Source: an uncultured Verrucomicrobiae bacterium
GTDB taxonomy: Bacteria; Verrucomicrobiota; Verrucomicrobiia; Limisphaerales; JAFGQR01
Direction: 5' to 3'
NCBI GenBank assembly: GCA_963788655.1
Contig: CAWBHS010000025.1
Location: 1-52,833, forward strand
DNA: 52,833 nt
The notes beneath the pieces were generated by a model. It was not told where the DNA came from. It ran no database searches and saw only the letters and a list, made by a program, of their open reading frames with translations. Both the position numbers and the translations under genes were made by a program. Numbering within the stretch: the first letter of the stretch is position 1; every line of letters begins with the position of its first letter. Shown here one piece after another: positions 1 to 9,155 of this stretch.

Positions 1-2
1 AT

Positions 3-182
3 CGGCTAAAAATCCTTTGCTATGATGGGTCGGGCTTGTGGATCTACGCCAAACGGCTGGACGCGGGGACGTTCGGCTGGCCCCAGGGCGAAGGCAGCAG
101 TCATTTGCTGCGGCCCGAGGAGCTGAGCCTGCTGGTCCACGGCATTGAGGGCACGCCTCGACGCCATTGGCATCGGCTCTAA
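3..182 (+). CDS. tnpB: IS66 accessory protein TnpB, C-terminal part (5' truncated by window)
   Basis: Frame 3 reads RLKILCYDGSGLWIYAKRLDAGTFGWP...EELSLLVHGIE...*, the IS66 Orf2/TnpB signature. Not in the ORF track. Confidence 0.9.
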   Translation, partial: RLKILCYDGSGLWIYAKRLDAGTFGWPQGEGSSHLLRPEELSLLVHGIEGTPRRHWHRL

Positions 183-256
183 AACTTTTTTCTGTGGGGC
201 GCCCAATTCGCCGGACTCGCAAGACGCTTTCTGCCACCGTGCGCCCCGTGGCAGCG

Positions 257-1123
257 ATGCTCAAACTGCAGGGACGCCGGTTGAGGGCTGCGGATGTGGA
301 ACAGATCCGCGGCTTGATCGCCTCGCATCCGGGGTGGCATCGGCAACGGATCTCCCAAGAACTGGCGGAGCAGTGGCAGTGGCGCAACGCGAGGGGACAA
401 CTCAAGGACATGGCCGCCCGGACCCTGCTGCTCAAGCTGCAGGCGCGCGGTTTGGTGAACTTGCCGCCCCGCCGCCGACCACCGGTCCCGCGCCGGCGCG
501 CCCAACGCCCCGCCCCATCGTCGGCACCCCCGCAACCGGTCCAGGTCAGCTTGACCGATTTGGCCCCGCTGAGCGTGGAGGAAGTCAGCCGAGAGCCTGC
601 CGGACGCCGACTCCTGGACCGGGCTCTTCGAGAGTTTCATTATCTGGGCCACGGGGGCACCGTGGGCGAAAATCTGCAATACTGCCTCAAAGACCGAGCC
701 GATCGGCCGCTGGCCTGGGCGGTGTTCGGCGCGCCGGCTTGGAAGTGCCAGGACCGGGACCGGTTCATCGGCTGGAGGGTCGAACAAAGCGAACGCCATC
801 TGGCGCTCATCGCCAATAACACGCGCCTGCTCATCGTGCCCTGGCTCCAGGCGCCGGGATTGGGCAGTTGGTTCTTAAGTCGGATCAGCCGACAAATCCA
901 AGCCGATTGGCAGCGCAAGTATGGACATTCGGTGGCACTCCTGGAGACCTTCGTCCAAGCGAGCCGTTTCCGCGGCACGGTCTACCAAGCCGCCAATTGG
1001 CGCCGGGTGGGTTGGACCAAGGGGCGCACCCGCCAAGACCGCGAACGCACGATCCAGGCGCCGGTTAAAGCGGTTTACGTGTATCCGCTGCAAGCCCATT
1101 TCCGGGAGGTCCTCTGCGCATGA
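257..1123 (+). CDS. DUF4338 domain protein (DruA-like domain; possible Mom-like GNAT fold)
   Basis: Motifs WRNARGQLKDMAAR, FHYLG, RDRFIGW, IANNTRLLI, LLETFV, GTVYQAANWRRVGWTKG. Stop overlaps tnpC start (ATGA). Start may instead be GTG 248. Confidence 0.8.
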   Translation: MLKLQGRRLRAADVEQIRGLIASHPGWHRQRISQELAEQWQWRNARGQLKDMAARTLLLKLQARGLVNLPPRRRPPVPRRRAQRPAPSSAPPQPVQVSLTDLAPLSVEEVSREPAGRRLLDRALREFHYLGHGGTVGENLQYCLKDRADRPLAWAVFGAPAWKCQDRDRFIGWRVEQSERHLALIANNTRLLIVPWLQAPGLGSWFLSRISRQIQADWQRKYGHSVALLETFVQASRFRGTVYQAANWRRVGWTKGRTRQDRERTIQAPVKAVYVYPLQAHFREVLCA

Positions 1124-2734
1124 AAGAGCAGGAGGCCCTGCGTCGTCAACGGCAGCGGACCGAGCAGGCCCTGGCCGCCGCGCAGCAGGCCCTGCAGCAA
1201 CGCGACGAGCAGTTGCGGCAGACCCGCCAGGAACTGGAGGCGCACCAGCGGAAGCTGGCGGAGGCCCAGGCGATCATCGCCGATCTGAAGCAACAGCTCT
1301 TTGGTTCGAAAGCCGAGAAACTCAAACGCCGAGCAGGAAGCGCAACTGCACAAGCTGGCCAACGACCTCCAAGCGCAGGCCCAGGGTCCGGAGCCGCTGA
1401 GCCAGGAGGTGGTGGAGGCGGAGCAGAAGCAGGAGCGGGACGAACAGCGGCAGCGCAAAAAGAACCGCCGGAAGCGCCGCCATCTGCCGCCGGTCCAACT
1501 GGAAAAGCGAACCGAGGTTTTGGAGCCCCAGGACAAGTTCTGCCCCACCACCGGCCAACCCCGACCGCGCATCGGCCAGGAGGTCACCACCGAATATGAA
1601 TTCGAGCCGGCCAAGTTGATCATCAAAGAAACCGTCCGGCCCAAATACGGCGAGTGCGGGAAGGACTGCTGCTCGGGCGTGACCGTGGCGCCCCTGCCGC
1701 CGCGCTTGCTGCCGCAAAGCAAGCTCGGGCTGGGCCTGGCGGTGTTTCTGTTGCTCAGTCGCTTTGACGACCACATCGCCTACTACACGTTGGAACGGAA
1801 TTTTCGGGAGCGATTGGGCGTGGTGATCTCGCGCCAGCAAATGGTGCAGTGGGTCGAAAAGATCGCGCATTTGCTCCTGGCGATTTACTGGGCGATCTGG
1901 GAGGAACTCAAGTCGGGGAACTACCTGCAAGTCGACGAGACGCCCGTCAAAGTGCTCGATCCGGAAGTGCGCGGCAAAGCGGCCACCGGCTATCTTTGGT
2001 TTTACTCAGCGCCGCAGGGGGACGTGCGCTTGGAGTTCTGCGGCGGCCGGGGGCGGGATGGACCCGCCGCCCGGCTCGAGGGATTTGAGGGCACCATCCA
2101 AAGCGACGGCTACACCGTCTACGAGTCGCTGCGGCGAGGGAGTGGCGGGCGCCTGAAACGCATCGGTTGCCTGGGACATGCGCGGCGCCGTTTCTACAAA
2201 GCGCTCCAGGAATCACTCCAAGACGGGCTCTGGTTTATCCTGAAGATTCGGGAGCTCTATCGCATTGAAGACTCCCTGCGAGAGGCCTCGTTTGAGGAAC
2301 GGCGCCGCGTCCGCTTGGCTCGCACGCCGGCCATCTGGCGAGAGATGAAGCACCGCGCCGAACAGTTGCGCAAAGATCCACGGGTATTGCCGGCCAGCAC
2401 GCTGGGCAAGGCGGCCCGTTACTTCCTCAAGGAGTATACCGCGATGGTCGGATATCTGCGCGACGGGCGGTTCGAAATGGATAACAATCTCGTCGAAAAC
2501 GACGTGAGGCCTTCGGCGCTCGGCCGCCGCCGGTGGCTATTCATTGGGCATCCGGACGCCGGTTGGCGCAGTGCGGTCATTTACACCATCATCCAGAGCT
2601 GCCGGCGGCGAGACATCAATCCCCAGGAGTACCTGACCGACGGGCTGCGGCGCCTGCCCTCAATGAATGCGGCCGAGGTGAAGGAGTTAACGCCCAGCCG
2701 TTGGAAGCCCGTCCAGCCGGCAGCCACCCCATAG
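1120..2734 (+). CDS. tnpC: IS66 transposase TnpC, one frameshift near 1325
   Basis: Coiled-coil N-terminus to QLFGSKAEKL in one frame, continuing NAEQEAQL... in another. DDE motifs QVDETPV, IQSDGY, CLGHARRRF, DNNLVENDVR. Confidence 0.92.
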
Positions 2735-2830
2735 CTTGGTGCTCGGCAGTTCATAGCCCCCGCTGCGCGATCCGTTCGCACCGGCCGGGCTGCCCCTTGG
2801 CCACCGTGCGCCGCCACCGCCTAGTGCCCC

Positions 2831-2854
2831 CCACGCACCTCCGTTAACGCTTAC
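2831..2854 (-). repeat. IS66 right terminal inverted repeat
   Basis: Reverse complement begins GTAAGCGTTAACGGAGG. The adjacent gene is truncated exactly here. IR length is approximate. Confidence 0.75.
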
Positions 2855-3312
2855 TCTTGAGCCAAGAACTCCGACAAACGCTTCGCAGGTTGATTGCCGT
2901 CTTTCGCGGGATAGGCCTCTGCGTAAGCTTCTAACATCTTTTCCGGTTTTGTCGCTTCATAGCTCATCCGCACCCCAAGCCGCTCGAAATTGTCAGTGAG
3001 GTTCGGCAAAAGAGTGAATGCCCGTCCAAACTCAACACTGTCGGGATCAATCTTGAACCAGATGTCGAGCACTATGGCGGGTAAGGGCTTAGCGTTTTCA
3101 TCCGCTTTGTAAGCATCGAGATCAGCAATTTTCGAAACGGTAAAATCGTAGATGGAAAAGTTGCGGTGGCCAAGAAAGCTCCTGAAAATGGCTGTGGCTG
3201 AGGTCTTGCCACTATTGTTGGGGCCGACGAATACCGTATCGCCCTCCTCAATGCCAATGGTTACGTTCTCAAGGCGTCGAAAATTGCGGATGGAAATACG
3301 TTCGATCTTCAT
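2851..3312 (-). pseudogene. OLD-family ATP-dependent endonuclease / ABC ATPase, N-terminal 153 aa, interrupted by IS66
   Basis: MKIERISIRNFRRL...VFVGPNNSGKTS (Walker A). Stop codon is supplied by the IS end. AT-richer than flanks. Confidence 0.82.
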
Positions 3313-3410
3313 ATTTCACCTTTGCAGAGCCAAATCGTGAACTCGCCAGCTTCGTGTTTCCATGCTTTGTTCAGCGGCACGCGCTCACGTGTGCTCAGGT
3401 TCTTGTTCAT
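3309..3410 (-). pseudogene. N-terminal remnant of a DUF4268-type protein
   Basis: MNKNLSTRERVPLNKAWKHEAGEFTIWL* resembles the conserved 'LERV.LR..W.HEA.DFTPWL' N-terminus. Stop overlaps OLD ATG. Confidence 0.55.
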
Positions 3411-4567
3411 GTTCATTGCTCAATTCATTTCGAGTTCCACCTGCCCCGACAGCAGGCGCGGCAGCAGCAGGTCGCGCGTCCGGCGGAGGTTTTGGATTTT
3501 GGCGTCTGTCGCGTTCATTTATCTTCCCTCCCTTTTTCTTTCGCTTGGGCGGTGGTGGCAGTTGTTTGATGGCTTTCTCAAATTCTCCACCCGCCGCGTC
3601 GGCCTGCTGGATGCGCTGGCGGTTGAACTTGTCGTATTCGGCCTCGGCCAGTTCCTTGGCCATCTCGTGCGAGATTTTGCCGGCGTGGGTGAGGATGTTG
3701 CGGTCGTTGATGGTGAGGAAGCCGTGGAGCTTGGCGATCCAGTCCTTCATGTGCATGGGCACGCGCCGCATGGCCTGGCCTTCGGCAAAGACGAGGTATT
3801 GCTCGGCGAGGTTGTTCAGGGCGGCGAGCTCCGGTTCCTCGAGGTAGTTCTTGGCGATAACCACGTCTTCCTTGCGGACTTTCGCGCCGCGCCAGTTGGT
3901 CAGGCCCATGTGTGGCTTGGCGGCGTTGGCGCGGGCGTGGATGATTTCCGCCGCCGTCAGGCCGGTGATGGCCCAGTGCATCTTGTTCTGCACGGTCTGG
4001 AAGAATTCGATGCTCTCCGGCTGGGTGGGGTCGTAATCAATGCTGGTGGCGTAGATGTCGGTGATCTTCTGGTAGAACCGCCGCTCGGACGTTCGGATGT
4101 CCTGAATCCGGCGGAGCAGTTCGTCGAAGTAGTCGAACGGCTGGTCGGGGTTTTTGAGGCGTTCGTCGTCGAGGACGAAGCCTTTGACGATGAATTCGCG
4201 GAGTTGCTGCGTGGCCCAGATGCGGAAGCGGGTGGCGACGGCGCTTTTTACGCGGTAGCCGACGGAAATGATGGCGTCGAGGTTGTAGTGGTTGGTGCGA
4301 TCGTTCTTGACCTGTCGGCGGCAGTTGGTGAATGAAATGCTTTCCATGTGAGTTGCCGTCGGCTGCAATTCGCCCTCCTCGAAGATGTTTTGCAGGTGCA
4401 TGGCCGACGTTCTGTTTGGTGGTCTGGAACAGGTCGGCCATGTGCTGCTGGGTGAGCCAGACGGTCTCGCCCTCCAGCCGGACATCAATCTTCACCTGGC
4501 CGTCTTCGGTCTGATAGACGAGGAACTGGCCCTTGGAAGGGAGATTGGTTTGATCGGGCGTATTCAT
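3385..4567 (-). CDS. rhuM: RhuM-family (virulence RhuM) DNA-binding protein, frameshifted near 4400
   Basis: VWLTQQHMADLF, HYNLDAIISVGYRVKS, KGFVLDDERLK, IRTSERRFYQKITDIYATS. True stop probably near 3520. Confidence 0.88.
3420..3518 (-). pseudogene. hsdS: C-terminal remnant of type I R-M specificity subunit HsdS
   Basis: MNATDAKIQNLRRTRDLLLPRLLSGQVELEMN*. The 'L..TRDLLLPRLLSG' tail is typical of HsdS. Confidence 0.7.
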
Positions 4568-4632
4568 GCTTCCAGGATTTCAGTGACGTTGCTGGCAATC
4601 GTAGTCTCCAGTTCCCGTGCTGCGGCGTTGAG
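4564..4632 (-). pseudogene. C-terminal remnant of type I R-M methyltransferase HsdM
   Basis: LNAAARELETTIASNVTEILEA* with TGA overlapping the rhuM ATG. Resembles HsdM C-terminal helix. Confidence 0.55.
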
Positions 4633-4833
4633 CGACCAGCCTTACGGCTTCCCCGTCCGCGGGCACATCGAAATGCCTCCGGAGGGAAACCGGAAGACGA
4701 AGCGTTAAAGGTCTCTTTGCCTCTGACATGTCGAACCTCGCAGGCAGCTTGCCCCTTCCTGCCAGCTTTTGCATCAAAAAAATGATGACGTACCCTCGGC
4801 GGCTCGACGGTGCGCGGACAAAGCGGGATAAAT

Positions 4834-4940
4834 GAAAGCGCGAGCAAGCTCCACGCACTCCAAACGCTCCGCGAAACTGGGTGAGATCAGCAGGAAAGTC
4901 GCGCTAGCGTTTGGAGTGCGTCCGGCTTGCCGGTGCTTTC
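4834..4940. repeat. REP-like inverted pair (CGCACTCCAAACGCT / AGCGTTTGGAGTGCG)
   Basis: Inverted arms visible. Same family at about 16897-17040. Confidence 0.8.
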
Positions 4941-5012
4941 AAACAACGGTGTGGCGATCAAATGCATGATGGGCTTGGACGGTCCATGCACCCGCTACGC
5001 CTGCCGGTTTCT

Positions 5013-6155
5013 TCACGCCGCGCTCCCACCGCGGTAAATGCGCGGGACGCGATAGGCGATATTCGTCAGCACTTCCCACGGCACCGTGTCGAAATGCTCA
5101 GCGAGTTCCTGGGCGGAGATTTGCTGATTGCCTTGCTCACCAATGAGCACTGCCTCATCCCCCGAGTGGACCTCCGGCACCCGTGAAATGTCGGCCAGCA
5201 TTTGGTCCATCGTAATCCGGCCAATGATCCGGCACCGTTTGCCGCCGATCAACACTTGCGCCCGGTTGCTGCCGGCCCGTACGTAACCGTCGCCGTAGCC
5301 CGCGGTGAGGGTGGCCACCCGCATTTTGCGCAGCGCAATAAACGTTCGCCCGTAGCTCAAAGCGGTGCCTTTGGGGATTTCCTTGGCGAGGCTTACGCGG
5401 CATTTCCAGGAGAGCGCCGGACGGATCCGGTACCGCAAACCAGAGGTCGATTGGCGCTGGCCGGGCGGCAACACGCCATAAACCAGCAGGCCGGGGCGCA
5501 CCAGGTTGAACATCGTGTCCGGTTCGTGAAGCAGAGCGCCGCTATTGTTGGCGTGAACCAAGGCCGGGCTGATGCCGTTGGCGTGCAAGCGAGCCAGCAG
5601 TTGCTGGAATTGCGTCGCCTGCAGACGGGAAAACTCGGCATCGTCCTCGACCGAGCAGAAGTGCGTATAAATCCCCTCCAATCGTAACGCCGAGAACCGC
5701 AGAAGCTGCGCGACCAATTCCTCCGCCTGGGCCACCGGCGCACCCAAGCGTCCCATGCCCGTGTCCACCTTGAGATGGATCGGCAGCACTTGGTGCGCTT
5801 TGCTGGCGGCGGCTTGAAACGCTTTGGCTTCAGCCAGCGACGAGATCGTGGGCCGCACTTCGTCTTTGACGGCCAATGCCACTTCTTCCGGCAGACACGC
5901 CCCGAGCATCAGGATGGGCCAGCCTTTGCCCACGGTGCGGATGTGCCGTGCCTCGGTGAGATTGGCGACGCCGAAGATGTCGGTGCCGCTTTGCATGAGC
6001 AGCGCGGCAATGGGCTTGAGACCATGACCGTAGGCGTCCGCCTTCACGACCGTCATGATTTTGACATTCGAGCCAACTCGGTGGCGAATCCATGCGAGAT
6101 TTTCGCGCAGAGCGTCCAGGTCCACTTCGGCCCAGCAACGATGACTGACTTTCAT
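5013..6155 (-). CDS. alr: Alanine racemase
   Basis: VVKADAYGHG (PLP lysine), HLKVDTGMGRLG, VRPG, GYGDG, GRITMDQ. ATGA-coupled to tsaB. Confidence 0.97.
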   Translation of the reverse strand: MKVSHRCWAEVDLDALRENLAWIRHRVGSNVKIMTVVKADAYGHGLKPIAALLMQSGTDIFGVANLTEARHIRTVGKGWPILMLGACLPEEVALAVKDEVRPTISSLAEAKAFQAAASKAHQVLPIHLKVDTGMGRLGAPVAQAEELVAQLLRFSALRLEGIYTHFCSVEDDAEFSRLQATQFQQLLARLHANGISPALVHANNSGALLHEPDTMFNLVRPGLLVYGVLPPGQRQSTSGLRYRIRPALSWKCRVSLAKEIPKGTALSYGRTFIALRKMRVATLTAGYGDGYVRAGSNRAQVLIGGKRCRIIGRITMDQMLADISRVPEVHSGDEAVLIGEQGNQQISAQELAEHFDTVPWEVLTNIAYRVPRIYRGGSAA

Positions 6156-6853
6156 GGCTTCAAATCTGGAATAATCCGTGGCGGCGGCGCTTTGACGAAC
6201 TGGGCCGCGCGCAGGTAAATGGGTTCGAGCTTTTCGCCGGGAACAGAGTCGGTTCGCCCGGCCGCCAATCGCGCCAAGGTAGCGGCGTGCGGAAATAGAA
6301 CGGTGGCGGTGGGAAACCACGGTTGAACGTCGGGTCCAACGATGGTACCGCTGGTTTCACAGGTCGCTTGCGCTTCGGGCAGCGTAGCCAGGCGCAGCGG
6401 TTCAACGACTCGCACTGCGTCGGGGGTCAGTTCGTAAGTGGCCAAATAGAATTCGCGCCGCTGCGCATCCAACAGCACATGAACGCGCCCGATCATTTGC
6501 GCAGCTTGCGCCTGATGCGCCAGGCAGTCGGCGCTGCTAAGGCCGAGCAGGCGCACGTCGCACGCCAGTTGCCAGCCTTGTGCAATCGAGATGGCGATCC
6601 GAATGCCCGTGTAACTGCCGGGGCCCAAACCAATCGCGAGGCCTTCGATTTGTTCGCGCACCAGCCCGGCTTGTTTCAAGGCAAGTTTTATCAGCGCAAA
6701 CGCTTGGGTCCGATTGCTGTCGGTTTCCATGGCTTCGCCGAGCAGCATGGGCTTGCGGCTGGTATCGAGCGCGCGAGCAGCGTCTTCCGGGGCGCTATCG
6801 ATGATGGCGGCGCTGCGTTGCGCCGAGGAAAATTCAAGTGCCAAAATCTTCAT
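6152..6853 (-). CDS. tsaB: tRNA t6A biosynthesis protein TsaB
   Basis: MKILALEFSS, GLGPGSYTGIRI, DAQRRE, EPIYLR. Confidence 0.95.
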   Translation of the reverse strand: MKILALEFSSAQRSAAIIDSAPEDAARALDTSRKPMLLGEAMETDSNRTQAFALIKLALKQAGLVREQIEGLAIGLGPGSYTGIRIAISIAQGWQLACDVRLLGLSSADCLAHQAQAAQMIGRVHVLLDAQRREFYLATYELTPDAVRVVEPLRLATLPEAQATCETSGTIVGPDVQPWFPTATVLFPHAATLARLAAGRTDSVPGEKLEPIYLRAAQFVKAPPPRIIPDLKP

Positions 6854-7334
6854 AGGTAATACGGCGCTCCGTTTCACTCAGGCACTCCAGCCACACGTCT
6901 CGGTAGCCAGGCGGCAGAATATCCGCCAGCGCCGCTGAAGCTTGAGCCTCGGATTTCGGACTTCGGACTTCGGATTTCCCTTCCTCCCATCTGCTGGTCC
7001 AACGTTCGATCCATTCGGCCACCGTGACGCCGGCGGGGTGGGTCAAGTATTCTTCGAGACCGGCTGCGAGGATTTGTTCAGGAGTATCCAACCGGTAAAA
7101 ATCCAGGTGAACGAGTGGCAGCCGGCCGCCGGCATATTGGTTGATCAAGGCGAAGGTCGGCGAACGCACCGGTTCGGTGATACTCAACCCGCGGGCCAGG
7201 CCCTTGACGAGTTGGGTCTTCCCGGCTCCCAAATCACCGCGCAGGCCAATCAGCCAGCCGCGTTGGGCCTTGCGTCCCCAGGCTTCGCCGAGCGCGATGG
7301 TTTGCTCAGGACTTTTCGAAATGAACGTAGCCAT
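6834..7334 (-). CDS. tsaE: tRNA t6A biosynthesis ATPase TsaE
   Basis: GDLGAGKT, VRSPTFAL, HLDFYRL, VAEW. Confidence 0.95.
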   Translation of the reverse strand: MATFISKSPEQTIALGEAWGRKAQRGWLIGLRGDLGAGKTQLVKGLARGLSITEPVRSPTFALINQYAGGRLPLVHLDFYRLDTPEQILAAGLEEYLTHPAGVTVAEWIERWTSRWEEGKSEVRSPKSEAQASAALADILPPGYRDVWLECLSETERRITYEDFGT

Positions 7335-8245
7335 GGTTCGTGAGCGGCTGAACGCCGGTTCTGTCGCGCAACGTCAGACCGGGTTCGGCGGTGATCCTGC
7401 CAATGCAACTGAGCCGGAGCTTGGGAAATTGCGCTTTCCAACGGTCCAGCAGCGGCACGGCGTCCTTGCTGGCCACGGTGAAGAGCAGTTCGAAATCCTC
7501 GCCATCGGTCAGCGCCGCCAACAAAGGCGGCTTGGCCGAGGCGTCCTGGCGCACGCGCAGTCTCGCGGCGCGGCTGATGGGGATCGCCGATTTGAACAGC
7601 TCGGCGCCCACGTTGCCGGCTTCGAGCAAATGCCGCAGGTCGGTGCCCAGTCCGTCGCTGAGATCGATCATCGCATGCACGGTGAAGTGTTGCGCCAGCC
7701 AGCGGGCTTCCGATAACCGGGGCTCAAACACGAGATGTTTCCCGGCCAGGGAACCGCCCAAATCGCCCGTGACAAATATGGCATCACCCGGCTGCGCCCC
7801 GATACGCGCGCAGGCACCGGTCTTGGGGGACTGTCCCCAGGAGGGCGATGGAAATGAGCATTCGTTCCGGATTAGTCGTCGTTTCACCGCCCGCCATGGC
7901 GACTTCATGGTGGCGCGCCAGTTTGTTCATTCCCTCGTAGATGCCCGCCACATATTCAGCCTCGTATTGCGCGGGCAATCCAACGGTCACCAGCGCCGCC
8001 GTTGGGGTGCCGGCCATGGCGGCGATGTCGCTCAGGCAGCGGCCCAAAGCTTTGTGGCCGACTTGTTCAGCGGACGTGTCGTGGGTGAAGTGGATGCCTT
8101 CGACCACGGCGTCGGTCTTGAACAGCAGCCATTGACCCGGCACGCCCAGGTCCAGCACAGCGCAGTCGTCACCCGGCCCGACCACCACCGCGGCGTTGGT
8201 GGGGAGCGTGCGGGTCAGCAATCGGATCAGTTCCAATTCGTTCAT
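7306..8245 (-). CDS. thiL: Thiamine-monophosphate kinase, frameshift near 7810 (likely sequencing indel)
   Basis: GPGDDCAV, KTDAVVEGIHF, LSDIAAM, GGET in first frame. GAQPGDAIFVTG, MIDLSDGL, DGEDFELLFT, GYVHF in second. Confidence 0.93.
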
Positions 8246-8266
8246 CGGGCAGGCGACCGCGACGGC

Positions 8267-8995
8267 TCAACCGTGCGGCAGGGAGGATTCATAAAGGTAC
8301 AGGGCGAAATTGGCGGCGTTGAACAAGGCATGGGCCAGGATGGGAACCACCAGCGTATCGGTGGTTTCATACAACCAAACCATGATCAGGGCGAAGATGA
8401 ACAGTGGCACGAACGTCATCAGGTTCGCGTGAATGAGCGCAAACAGCAGCGAGGTGCCGTAAAGGGCCACCTGCGGACGGCCCAGTTGCTTGAGGAACGG
8501 ATAGAGCACGCCGCGAAAGAGCGCTTCCTCGGTCAACGGCGCCAGCAGAATGGCCGTGGCTCCGAACGAAACCCGTTTCCATGCGCTGACGCTAACCTGG
8601 AGCACTTTCATGGTGGGTTGCGGCTCCGGGGTCATTTGCAACCAAGTAATGAATTCGGCCGACAGTTTATTGATGCCCAATTCGCTGGGCACGAGCAACA
8701 CCCCGATGCCGAGGCCGAAGAGAATACGTTTGGCCAACTGCGGTTGATCCAAGCCCAAAAACTCGCTCCAATTGGTGCCGTGGAACTTCAAAAACGGGGT
8801 CAGCAACACCAGCGTCATGCCGTGGAAACCCAGCGTGTTCGCCAGGAAGTTGTAGAACTTCTTGTCGTCCATCGGCAGGTTGGGCAGGAAATAATCCAGC
8901 CCCACGCCTACCGAGACGGTGGCGAACAAACAAAAGAAGATCGCCGAGCCCAACAGCATCACTGCGTCGATCTTCCACGGTTTCTCAGACAACAT
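8267..8995 (-). CDS. CPBP (Abi/CAAX) family intramembrane metalloprotease
   Basis: APLTEEALFRG, LFALIH, HALFN motifs; multiple TM segments. Confidence 0.9.
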   Translation of the reverse strand: MLSEKPWKIDAVMLLGSAIFFCLFATVSVGVGLDYFLPNLPMDDKKFYNFLANTLGFHGMTLVLLTPFLKFHGTNWSEFLGLDQPQLAKRILFGLGIGVLLVPSELGINKLSAEFITWLQMTPEPQPTMKVLQVSVSAWKRVSFGATAILLAPLTEEALFRGVLYPFLKQLGRPQVALYGTSLLFALIHANLMTFVPLFIFALIMVWLYETTDTLVVPILAHALFNAANFALYLYESSLPHG

Positions 8996-9155
8996 GGCTG
9001 AAAACTATTACAGGCCGCGTCCGGGGACGATGCTAAAGTAAGCGCGACCGGAAGCGGTTGAATTGTTCCCGTGTTATTCAGAGGTCACGCATGGCCACGT
9101 GCCCCCTATTTTTTGGCTGTAATTCTCTCCGGGTTGTGCCCACCATGCTGTTCAA

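Larger units (their letters stand above)
1..2854 (+). mobile_element. IS66-family insertion sequence (left end outside window) carrying a DUF4338 gene
   Basis: tnpB 3' part, DUF4338 ORF and tnpC in one orientation, ending in ...CCGTTAACGCTTAC at 2854 (reverse complement GTAAGCGTTAACGG, an IS66-type GTAA terminus). Confidence 0.9.

Noticed and set aside
167..1123. Druantia defence system
   Set aside because: DUF4338 is alone inside an IS; no DruE helicase or other dru genes in the window.
1310..1335. Programmed ribosomal frameshift in tnpC
   Set aside because: One extra A in CTCAAACGCC explains it, no clear slippery heptamer is present, and similar indels occur throughout the window.
4580..4730. 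Ribbon-helix-helix-like ORF MSEAKRPLTLRLPVSLRRHF
   Set aside because: Resemblance covers only about 20 aa and the rest overlaps the HsdM-like tail out of frame; too weak to call.
3322..9001. Long plus-strand ORFs (3322-4335, 7391-9001) and similar shadows such as 36143-37444 and 50818-51651
   Set aside because: Antisense shadows of recognisable genes, expected in high-GC DNA.
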